Source: Cycas panzhihuaensis (taxonomy: Eukaryota; Plantae; Cycadophyta). From it: DNA of 64,000 nucleotides. The stretch is from contig CM041465.1 of assembly GCA_023213395.1 (NCBI GenBank), positions 184,023,741-184,087,740 of the forward strand. The letters run 5' to 3'. How positions within the stretch are numbered: the first letter of the stretch is position 1; every line of letters begins with the position of its first letter. Shown one piece after another: positions 1 through 11,500 of this stretch. The notes beneath the pieces were generated by a model that worked only from the letters and a program-made list of their open reading frames with translations, did no database searches and was not told the DNA's origin. The position numbers were made by a program, and so were the translations under genes.

Positions 1-480
1 AAACCCTTATACCCTATTGAATAATGATTTTTATTGCTTCAACTACCATTGATTTGTTGTGCATACTTCTGCATGTTATTAGAGATGGTGGACCCTCAGG
101 ACAAGTCATGGGTTTAACAACTTCACCCAACAACTAATGGTCTCACCACTCCACTAAACATTAGGCTTTAGTTATGTGGGACCCTACAACTCTAATACCA
201 TATTTGAGAATATGAAATTATACAGGGATATTCCCATTTGCAGAATCTTTAACCATACACAGCAAGTAAATAAAAATACACACAAAATACATATGCACAA
301 TACACGAAATTTATGTGGGAAAACCCTTTCGGGAAAAAACTCATCACAAAAGATTTTTCTAGATCATATTTATTATTCTATAATTGATTTGATACATTGA
401 ATACACAAAGCTTTAAGGCTTTTATACTCTTCTAAGAGTTGTCACTTGATTAGGATTATGACCCTCTGAATAACTCGCAT
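1..480 (-). mobile_element. 5' end of a Copia-like LTR retrotransposon running off the left edge (degenerate tRNA-iMet PBS at 189-200, LTR from ~201; distal LTR end not resolved)
   Basis: actctaatacca (189-200) is the reverse complement of TGGTATCAGAGC with 2 transitions. It is followed by the GTGGGAAAACCCTTTCGGGAAAAAAC hairpin motif, also seen in the LTR at 27057-27490. Confidence 0.5.
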
Positions 481-639
481 CTTTTCACTTAATCACCTTA
501 GTTAAATAGCATTAACATTAACTTAGTAGCTTAATAGTTAATTGCCACGTTAATGCTAATTAAACCTTTCAAGTAGTAAAATAATAATATTATTATGTGT
601 GATTACTCTTTAAAATGAGAAACCCTTTTAGAATCTAAG

Positions 640-1390
640 TATATTTCCTATCAACTGCTCTTATGACAATCTAATTGGTTACCTTTAATAGTCTAATAAG
701 ACCATTTCTTTATCAATATTTATAATGCTTCGCAAATATTGGTAAAATAATTAGTTATTGGTGTTGAATCATTTATCTGTTGAGGCGTCTTATCCTTCAT
801 TGTGATGTGATAATGAATAATATATCCAAGTGATTATTTAATCAATCAAAAGGCCACCTATGTACTCTTTCCTAAATGACAATCAATCTCCTATTATCAT
901 TTATGTTTGTTTGATACTGTGAATTAATTAAGGTGTTTTATCATTTACTTACCTTGGATTTTACTACAAATATGAGATTTGAATGTCACAGCTATAATCC
1001 ACATATATTCACTTCATTGTGTTACTCATTTGAATAATCAAGGTAGTTGCTTTGAATTGAGATATAATAGTATTATTTTTTTTAAGTACCGTTCATATTC
1101 CCTTAAGCACATTCGTAATAGTCATCTACTTAATTGTTCATAAGTAGTGAGTTAATAGTTCTACAAATAAAATTTCAAGTAATGGTTATTATCAAATCAA
1201 GTCTATTATACACCTCCTTTTGTGCATCTAAAATGCCCAAGAAGGAGATATATATACCTATAACTGTAGATAAAGAGCTAAAGTTAAAGTTGCTCTTCAT
1301 TAACATCTTTTATCATTCTCTAGTGTTGCCTTTCTAGCATAATTTAACTATAGTATCGTATAAAAAGAAAATTAACTTTCTTATTAACCA
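640..1390 (+). pseudogene. Very degenerate Ty3/Gypsy integrase remnant (host of the 1397-7112 insertion)
   Basis: Faint residual motifs read by eye (VVESF ~VVDRF, SYPSL-DNE ~SSFHPQSDGQ, YK.KFQV); many stops. Confidence 0.25.
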
Positions 1391-1396
1391 TCTATA

Positions 1397-1842
1397 TATT
1401 GGAGTGTAATGTCATCACTCAACTCCCTTTTACCTACCAAGATTGTGCACCTCAATTTACACATGTGATGCTCAACATGTCAAGGTAAGTTAAGGTAAGT
1501 TGAGTTAGTTTCATTTGAGTTAAGTGAATATTATTTTATTATTATTTTGAATTCAGGGATTGAGGAGTTTCTCTCCTCCCCCAAAATTATTTATATTATC
1601 GGGTGTACAACCCTAGTGTTTTTAGACACCGCCTCCTTTGAGGATATTTGTCATGTTCTCAATAATAATAGATTGAAGACAATGCTAGCATGCTCTCATA
1701 GTTCATTTGTACAATATCGATCTACATTGCTATATTGTTACATAGATTTGTATTGAATATTTGATGCAATACTGTTATTTTGAATATATTGAAGTTTATT
1801 ATATCTTCTACCCTGTTCTCCTTGTGTATTATTGTTCCTTCA
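1397..1842 (+). repeat. 5' LTR of element 1397-7112
   Basis: Collinear with 6667-7112; differences are mostly transitions. Confidence 0.92.
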
Positions 1843-1844
1843 TT

Positions 1845-1856
1845 TGGTATCAGGGC
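1845..1856 (+). promoter_or_regulatory. Primer-binding site (tRNA-iMet)
   Basis: TGGTATCAGGGC, 2 nt after the LTR end CA. Confidence 0.88.
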
Positions 1857-2039
1857 AGACGATTGCTGGCTAGTTGAAGTTTTAAAGAAGAACAATAGGA
1901 TTTACTGGCATTCTACGGTAAATTTTCTTACAAGAAAGATATATTAGCTATATTTATTTTTTAAAAAATTTTCAACAAGTTTTTATATATTTTTCATCAA
2001 GATTTGCTCATTATTAAGTTATTTTTTGTGATATAACAA

Positions 2040-2530
2040 GTGTTTGTTTAGATTTTTCATAGATTTGTGTAGATTTATGAAGGATTTCAGCTACAAGCTA
2101 TACTTTTTCAAAGATTTGTGAAGGAGATTAACAATCTGTGAAGGTTTTTAGCTGCAAGCAAGACTCATATAAGTTTTTTTTGGATCTACTATATTTGTTA
2201 CTTCAGATCTGCTATTTTTTACTATAGATCTGCTTATTTCAGCAAGTTTTTTCACTATTTTCTGGTATACTTATTCAGATCTATAATTATTTGGCTATAG
2301 ATCTGCTATACTCACATCAGATCTGCATTATTTAGCTTAAAATCTACTTATTTTATCAAGTTTTTCAACATTTTCTGCTACATTTAGTTTAGATCTGCTG
2401 TATTTCATTTCAGACCTATATTTTTCATTATATTTTTTACTATATTTTCAAGTTTTTTATAGATCTACAGCTTTTGGGTGTATATCCTACCCACCAAACC
2501 ATTTGTTATAGTAGATCTACCTATATTCAA
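2040..2530 (+). repeat. Degenerate array of AGATCT(G/A)CT / AGATTT sub-repeats in the element leader
   Basis: Repeated (c/t)agatctgct, agatctac and agattt motifs at short spacing. Confidence 0.6.
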
Positions 2531-2825
2531 CTTGTGAGGAAGAAGATTTGTCTATTGGAAGCTTTTGAAGCCTGTTTTTCTGCTGCAAATCAGCCACAAC
2601 CTTTCTCTAGGTTCTTCAGTTCTATTTTCAGATTTACACATATTTTTTATATATTTGCTCAATATATTTCTGAAAATTTTCAAATATGAATATATAAGAG
2701 TTTTTTTTATGATATATTCTCTTCAAAATATTTGAAAAATTTATTAATATTATGACTATGTTATATGAGTATATTGCTCCACTAAGTATCTTTTACTGTT
2801 ATTATTTGAAGAAGTTTCTGTGAAA

Positions 2826-3900
2826 TTTTTTTTGTATATACAAAATCATTGCATTTTTTACCGACAATAGATTGAATACAAAATAGAAATAAAGAATACA
2901 TTGGTAGATTGGTAGAATATTTCTTGAAACAACAAGTTTTTCAGAGTTTCAAAGTTCAGTTTTTCAGAGTTCCACACACATTTTGATATACGTACAACAA
3001 AAAAAAGGAAAAAGAAAAGGAGGCACTCAAATTGTATTCTAAAGATGCAACATTTTTCTTGAATATTTTAGATCATACTTTTGATCTACATATAACACAT
3101 GAACTGGGTGTTATAAATCTTAGAGCACACCCATAGATACATGGTGTATCTTGTGTATTGGCTCTAATTTTTTTGTATATTCAGTGTTCAAATACTATTT
3201 TGGCCAAGGGCTGCTGCATGTCTTCATGCTCAGTATACATGCTAAATTGTTATTTCTTTATATGCTGAACACTGCATATTAGTGTCCACTGATTTATAGC
3301 TGCCTTTTTTCAAAGTCCAATTTAACCACAAACCAGTAATTCGACTACTCCCATGGTCCTTTATGCTGGGATGAATAGAGCATAACAGTGGAGTAATCTG
3401 CTTATGATTTCCAGAATCTTCTATGCAACCCAATTTGATATACTTCCCAAAGTTCTCTTAAAATTTATCATTTATCCTCCTTGTTCTATCAAGCTTTTCA
3501 GTAGCAACTAACACATAACCAGATTTGGGTGTATGAAGTGGGTGAGCCCATTTCAAACCAATTAAAGTAGAGGATTCTGTCACACTTCCAGAATCGCCAT
3601 TTGTCAACTTATGTGCCTGCTCTCCTATAAAAAAGTCTTACTTGAAAGGCTCGCCAAATCTAAATCCATGAGACGAGGCCGTTGAACAGCATCTGTAGAT
3701 CCACATTCTGCTCCTTCATTGTATTAATAACAAGTATCACAGATAATTGCCATTCAAATTGTACATTCACTCTTTGGATAGCAGTTCATCCTCCCGTTTA
3801 CCTATGGCCAGCTATTCCTTTGGCAGTTTACTCTCTTAATCTGTCCATCTCCATTTCTTTGCAACTGCCCATCCAACATCGTAAGCATCTGCGTCTCCCT
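2826..3900 (-). pseudogene. Putative captured host transcript fragment (antisense): coding remnant + 3'UTR-like tract + short poly(A)
   Basis: Minus-strand frame ~3634-3242 with a single internal stop (FFIGEQAHKL...LIGLKWAHPLHTPKSGYVLVATEKLD...ITGLWLNW), joined by a frameshift to NEGAECGSTDAVQRPRLMDLDL; T8 at 2826-2833; no TE motif recognised. Confidence 0.4.
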
Positions 3901-4331
3901 GTGGTGGTGGCGTGCAGGCCTACTCCATCTCTGGACACGTAGTCTCTTTCCTCCTGTCTTTTGTTTGGCATGCAACTATGCTAGAACAACTAGTCACATT
4001 AATTTGTAGTTTTTTAATAACCTATAGTACCATCAATAACAGTGCCTACTCTGTCTCTGCACATGTAGTCTCTTTCCTAGGAGTCTGTTCCTCACGATCC
4101 TCGACAGCTTACGCCTGATCCTCGATGAGGTTTGCCCGCAGTGTTGATAATAATATCTATTGTGTGGTGCGCAGCTAGTTATTATGCCTGTGCATTTGGC
4201 GTCTTTATTATTATTAACCCATGCATTCTACGTACTCTTCACTAGGCTGCGCCTCTGTAATAATGATTTCGGTATAGCAATGACGCGTCACTATACTTTC
4301 ATTCAGCTTCGTTTCTTATTTATATTTGTGC

Positions 4332-4334
<3 letters not shown>

Positions 4335-4398
<64 letters not shown>
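4335..4398. repeat. (TA)n microsatellite
   Basis: Perfect TA run of ~64 bp. Confidence 0.98.
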
Positions 4399-4402
<4 letters not shown>

Positions 4403-4638
4403 GGTGCGCCTGACTCTGGTGCCAGATTTATTGTTTTATATTGTTTTCTCCATCTGCAATTACGGCGTCACAGCAATTACATAAATTTTTTAAAAATATT
4501 TTATTAAATTGTATAATTTTTAAATTCTAAAGTTTTGAAGTATAAACTCTTTGTTTTTAACCTCCGGTCATATACTGTACCACATGACCCAAGCTTAGCT
4601 CAAAAAGAGGTTATTTCATTTTTTAATAAAACTTTTCA

Positions 4639-4669
<31 letters not shown>

Positions 4670-5911
4670 TATAGGGTTATTGGCATTTTTTTGCTATAAC
4701 TCTTTGTTGAAGCATCAGTTTCTGATAAAATTACCTCCATTAGATCAGAAATTTTCTATACACTAATTTTAACTGGTCATATGATCAATCTGGTGCTGAT
4801 TTGACCCTGTTTCGGCCAATTGCATGTCAGACATTCAAATTTTCAGCTTTTTTCACACTTTTAACAAAATCACTTTTTGAACCGACTGTAATTTATTACT
4901 GGTAAATTAGTTTCTGCATGGATTTCTTCTATAGCAATCTACGTTCTATAAACTTCAATACCTACTTATTATTTTAATTTTTTGAATTTATGTTCATTAG
5001 TATTTTAATCGCTAAAAGTGAGAATTTAGTTGTTTTTAGCCTATTTCTTAACATTTTTACATAAATATACCTATTACCATTTTTGCTATAACTTTTTTAT
5101 TTTGTATTAGATTTCAATTTCATTAGTTTTAATGGGAAGATGACTCAATTCCCTTCGATTTGACATAATTTTTTATACATTTTGACATATCTTTACTGAT
5201 TTTCAAATCATTCAAAGTAAAGGTACTTTATTACCTCAAATCTATTATTTTTACATATTTTTTAATATATTTTTTCAAAAATTTTCAATTAAAAGTACAT
5301 TGAACAAATTTATAAATAATATTTGATCACCTTACAGCATTCTATAAGTATTTTGTTAGCATTTTGACCCCCTGCTCTTGTTTAGCCTCAAAACAAGGCC
5401 TGTAACTTTGATTCACTAAAACTTGATTTCTAGGAATCCGTTTTTAGAACGGTCAGATCCGTTGGGTTCACATTTTGTTTATCTTTATACTTGTAAAGTT
5501 TTATATTATTCTGATATCATTTAATATACTTTTGAATCCCTCAAACCTAAGGTTGTCATTCAAACCTTCTTTTAAGGAGCATATTTTTTTTTTATTAAAA
5601 ATTTCTTTATATTGTTATTTTTTCAAAGTGAAAAATACTTTTATATATTTCATTTTCAGCATTTTACATTATTATTAAGGCAAAAGATCTTTATATGTGC
5701 TCTTATATTCACTTTATCCCAAAGTTTAATTAAAAGGCGTCCATATATTAAAAAGTTCTTTTATCATTTAAAAAAAAAAATGATTATTTCCTTATTATAC
5801 CTAGTTGATTGACTTTCTAAAGGGCATTTAAAATTATATATATTCATTGATTTATTGATATTTCAACTTGTTAAAGTATATTCATTCTATATACTAAAGT
5901 TGTTTGATTAA

Positions 5912-6170
5912 ATGACTCAATTCCCTATTTTTTATGGCCAAAATTTTACACAATGGCATAACACTATGAGAAACTATTTTATTGAACATGATTTGTGGAA
6001 ATATTTACAACATAATTATGATGTTAGCATTAAAGAATATATTCAAAGGATAATGAAGCATTAGGTTTATTGTTTTGTACTATGAATGATGATATTTTTT
6101 CAAAGGTATGTGATTTGACAACATCTAAGTCTGTTTGGGATTTATTGATCTCTATTTATGGGGGAGATAC
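5912..6170 (+). pseudogene. gag: Copia gag N-terminal remnant (DUF4219/UBN2-like)
   Basis: MTQFPIFYGQNFTQWHNTMRNYFIEHDLWK, then a frameshift to ALGLLFCTMNDDIFSKVCDLTTSKSVWDLLISIYGG. Confidence 0.8.
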
Positions 6171-6666
6171 CCCAATGTATTTGATAAAATTTTTGATGAG
6201 CATGTGAGACAGGTAACAGAACAGGTAGATCATGATGACAAAACCAATGAAGATTCATATCAAATGTAGGACCACCTTCTTGCACAAGGATTTGATCCTC
6301 TATTTGAGGGGGAGAATGAAGATGAATCTTATGACATAACGAAGAATGAATCTAATAATATGACAAATAATGAACCTGATGATATGACAATTATTCAGAG
6401 CATAAAGATTACAAAAGTTCAAGTTCAAAACCTTCTTAATGTTTCAGTTGACAAAGTCAAAATTACAGCTGTTCATTTATATTTGAATCAAGTTTCATCT
6501 ACTTATAGTTTTTCTACATCATTCCATGATAAAGAGACATATGTGGCTATAAGAGTGAGAATAGTTGATAAAGATCAAGATCAGAATTTTAAAGTTTTTT
6601 TCAAGTACCAGTTCCATAAGTTCAAGGAAAAGATACAAGTGTTCGTGTTAACATTAAGGGGGAGAA

Positions 6667-7112
6667 TGTTAGAGGGTAATGTCATCACTCAACTCCCTCT
6701 TACTTATCAGGATTATGCACCTCAATTTATACATGTGATGCTCAACATATCAAGGTAAGTTAAGGTAAGTTGAGTTAGTTTCATTTGAGTTAAGTGAATA
6801 TTATTTTATTATTATTTTGAATTCAGGGATTAAGAAGTTTCCCTCCTCCCCCAAAACTATTTATATTATAGGGTGTACAACCCTAGTGTTTTTAGACATC
6901 GCCTTCTTTGAGGATATTTGTCATGCTCTCAATAACAATGGATTCAAGATAATGCTATCATGCTCTCATAGTTCATTTATGCAACATCGATCTACATTGC
7001 TATAGTGTTACATAGATTTGTATTGAATATTTGATGCAATACTGTTATTTTGAATATATTGAAGTTTATTATATCTTCTGCCCTATTCTTCTCATGTATT
7101 ATATTTCCTTCA
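6667..7112 (+). repeat. 3' LTR of element 1397-7112
   Basis: TGTT...TTCA, preceded by PPT. Confidence 0.92.
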
Positions 7113-8108
7113 CCACACACATTTAGTAATTAATATATATAATATACTAAAAACAAGGAAAATTATTAGTTTGATATCAAATACCTTAGATATAAATACT
7201 GCTCATAAAAAAATTCTTGCATTAACTTAATCAACTATGAATGGAACAACTAGCACATCTATGATCAACCACTTGTAAACATCAATTTGATTCATTTTTC
7301 ATATGGAGTTTTGGTCCTTAATTAATTAATTCTTCTTTTTATTTTAGCCTCATAAATCTCATGTGAAGTTGAAAAGGCATTTATTTCAATTTTATTCTTA
7401 TTGAGTGAGTTAAGTGGTATGGATAAGAGATGTTTGTTAGTTTATTTGTTAACAATAGGTTTAGTGTTTGAGTCTTCTTGACTCACCTTTCTCAAGAGTA
7501 CATGCACATTTTATTTTGAGTCAAATTTCCTTTATGCATACTTACTTTAATATTTTTTTTTTTCTTTATAATGTCATTTCATTTAATCTAAGACTTGATT
7601 TCATGATGTTCTTGATCAAATTTAGATAGAAATATGGTCAATAAACACATGAAAATGATTAACTTAGAGTTGCATTTTCTTTAAACAAGAAAAGATAATC
7701 ATTAAGGCATGTTTCATAATGAATAATAGCATTTCTTTTTGACATGTGAAAAATGCCTTTAATGGCCATAATCATGCTTCATAATCTACATTTTCCTTGA
7801 CCTTAATATGTAAAATTTGATGTAAATATACTCTAAACAATTTTTTCATATGTGTTTATTTAATTAGAATTTCTCTTCTTACTTTAATAATATAGAAAGG
7901 AAATTTCAAGTAAAATTTTAATCAATTTCCTTATGCACTAAATGCATTTTAATGCTTCAAAAATCATGTGGTTACCTGGTCATTATGATACATGCAGAAT
8001 AAAGGGATTTTAATCATATATATTTCATTAATTTTTAGAATAAAATAAACTAAGAGGAAAGGGACTTACTACTTTCACATTTAGTTGATATTTAAGTATT
8101 AATTGATT

Positions 8109-8110
<2 letters not shown>

Positions 8111-8189
<79 letters not shown>

Positions 8190-8347
8190 TACATAAATGC
8201 ATACATGCATACACACATACACACATACATACATACATATGTATAAATGTATATGTGTGTGTGTGTATGTATGTATGTATCTATTTATGTATGTGTGTGT
8301 GTGTGTGTGTATATATGTGTGTGTATATGTGTATGTATGTATGTATC

Positions 8348-8415
<68 letters not shown>

Positions 8416-8560
8416 TATATGTATGTATATATACATACATACATACATCCATATATATATATGTGTGTGTATGTGTGTGTGTGTGTGTATGCGTGTGTGT
8501 GTGTATGTGTGTGTGTGTATGTATATATGTATATATATGTATGTATGTATGGATATGTAC
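8111..8560. repeat. Compound microsatellite (CT)n(TA)n(CA)n(TG/TATG)n
   Basis: Direct inspection. Confidence 0.97.
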
Positions 8561-8562
8561 AT

Positions 8563-11500
8563 TTAAGCAAATTCCTTTGTGGGTTTAATTACCAGGCCTC
8601 TTACTTCATATATAGGATCTAGATGTCATTAAAGGGGTAGCAAAGGTTATAGGACCCCTCTTGGTGGTGGACTCAGCCACAAAGAACATGAGTAGATTGG
8701 TCAATGCCAGGTTCTCTATCCTAGCCAAAACAGATAAACCCCTCCTCGAGTGGGTGATAATTAATGGTTACGAGTAGAATAGAGAACAAAAACTAGTGTA
8801 TAAGCTTGAAAACATGAGATGTCTAAAATGTAAACATTTGGGGCATTTTCCTGATAGTTGCCTAGGTGAACTAAAGCCAAATGTTATAGACCCGCTTGAT
8901 GAGGATAAAAAGTTAAATGAAAATAAGGAATAGTGTGGCCCTAAAGTGGGTCTTGAAGAAATAAAAAGGATTGAGGAACCCCAAAATGATGCTAGACAGG
9001 AGCCAAATCTATTAGAGGTTGGGTAGGACCCCATGCTAATAAAGACAGGATATGGGCTAAACACGGATGAAGAAGATACCCTATTTGAAGAGGGGGTGTT
9101 CAAATTGAGGGCTCCCCTAAATGCCTCATAGTCTCAATCTACATAAATATAGTATGGAAACGAAAAGGCTTCCCTTCAAAGGGAAGAAGCTCTCACCCTA
9201 AATAAATATGAGGAGCAAAGGAAATTAGAGAAGGTTTGGAAGGTTAGAGATTCAATGAATTAGGAAGTTGCTAAGGAGTCAAACCTCATTAGAGGACCCA
9301 CTTTAGCAGTGAGAAGAGGCCTAGGAAGTGATCATCGAAGGTGCTATGAGAAAGGGAGGTAGTGCTTTAGATAGATTAGAGGACACAACATACCCTTAAG
9401 GATGGGGGACCAGTTTAGGGGCCCAAACTAATAAGTAAGAGATGAGGAGGCCTATGGGCCCAAAGGGAGGGAGGTCATCATGAAGCTTACCTCCTGGAAT
9501 ATACGAGGTATAAATGCCCATCTAAATATAGAATGATTAAAGATCTGTGAAGTCATATGAAGTTGGATATTCTTTTAATTTAGAAGACTAAATTGTTAGC
9601 CAAGAATAGAGTAAATATCAAGAACAAAATATGGAAGGGAGTTGAGTGGATCACTTTAGATGGGATCAGGGGCTCTGGTGGGTTAGCCACCATATGGAAC
9701 CTAAGAGGTTGGGAGGGTGAGGCTTATCTCATCAAGGATCATTTCATGTCTAGTTAGTTGACAAGTAAAAAATCTAACCACAAGTGGATAGTTACTAAGA
9801 TATATGCCCCCTTGATGCAAGAAGGGAGGAAGCACTTATGGGTCATGCTACTAAAGGTCCATAAGGAGTGGTTGGGTCCCTGGCTGATTATTGGTAATTT
9901 TAATATGGCCCTATCCCTTGATAAAAAGAAGGGGGGTCAAATCGAGTGGACAAAAAACATAGATGACCTAGGAGACTTTATGTAGAAGGGAGGCTTAATG
10001 GATGTCCCCCTGAGAGGGACCAAGTTTACTTAGTCTAATAGAAGATTAGGAACCAATCATATCCAGGTTATATTGGATAAAGTAGTCATTAACTATGCTT
10101 GGGCAAGTTAGCACAGCAACATTAGTTTGGAAGCTTTGTCAAAGAAAATTTCTAATCATTCCTCACTTGTATTGGGATTTGATGAAAATAAAGTTCATAT
10201 AGGTGCCCCCTTTAACTTTAAGCTAATGTGGATAAAGGACCTAAGCCTTCAAAATTTGTTGACAGAATGGTGGAAGACCCCTGCTTTCGACTGTGTGATG
10301 TGGAGATTCTCAAAGAAACTAAACTGGGTGACACGATAGATTAGAGTATGGAATAAGACTTCCCATAGGGATATCTTTGTGAAAAAAGACCAAATTTTGG
10401 AGGAGCTAAAGTCCCTAGAGGAGCAAATTCAACAGCAAGGGAGGTCCCTCCCCCTAGACCAAAAAGAAAGAAGACTTCTATCTAAATTGGAGGGTGTATT
10501 GACCAATGTGGAAACCTTTTGAAAATAAAATTCTAGAGCCCTACGGCTCATCGAGGGAGATAGAAACATAAATTTTTTCCATATGAAAACTATAAAACAT
10601 ATAGCTTGTAATCATATTTAAACTCTATTGAATAAGCATGGGGAGGAGATTTTAGACTGGAAGAATATCAAGGATGCAGTAGTGGAGTATTTTATAGAGT
10701 TATACAATGAACTAGGTTGTGATGATGAGGTAGCCAGAAGGGAGGCAATGGTTTTGATTCCCAAGAAGGTTATAAGTGTCATGAACAAGGCTTTAGAAGC
10801 TCCTTTCTTACTAGATGAGGTGAGGAAGGTTGTTCTTGGCATGAAGAGGGAGAAAGCTCCTCGGCTCGATGGAGAACTTTAGGCCTATTAGTTTGTGTAA
10901 TATAAAGTACAAAATTTTAGCCAAGATCTTGGCTAATAGGCTAAAGGAATTTCTTCCCTCAATTATAAGTCTGAATTAGGATGTGTTGTAAAGGGAAGAT
11001 AAATTCTAGACGGTATCAGTGTGGACCATGAAATAGTCTATTTGACCTATCAGAGGAAAGAGTCTAGGATAATTGTCAATATTGATCTTTCAAAGTCCTA
11101 TGATAAGGTCTCATAGGGGTGTTTGTTAGACTGCATTAGTGCTTTTGGATTTAGAAACCATTGGAGAACTTGGATTGAGAGTTGTATCTCAAAACCCAGT
11201 TTCTTAGTGATCATAAATGACTCCTCATCTACCTTCTTTTTGGGTTATAGAGGCCTTGGACAAGGGGACCCCTTGACCCTTTACTTGTTTATTATCATGG
11301 CAAAATTAATTAGTAGATCTATGGAGGAAGCAAGGATATCTAGAAAGATTATGGGCCTAAGGCCCACATCAGGTGTTGATAATATTATTCATCAACATTT
11401 TATGGATGATAACATTTTGTTGTGTAAGGTTGTTATAAAGGAAGCTAGAGCCATAAAAATTCAGCTGGAAAGGTTTAAGATAACTACAAATTAGAAGGTC

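Larger units (their letters stand above)
1397..7112 (+). mobile_element. Non-autonomous Ty1/Copia-type LTR retrotransposon (gag fragment only, no pol)
   Basis: Two 446-bp direct repeats (1397-1842, 6667-7112; T(G/A)TT...TTCA); PBS TGGTATCAGGGC 1845-1856; PPT AAGGGGGAGAA directly before 6667; TSD ctata/ccaca differing only by C>T. Confidence 0.92.

Noticed and set aside
1-20. AAACCCT telomere-like motif
   Set aside because: A single imperfect copy, not an array.
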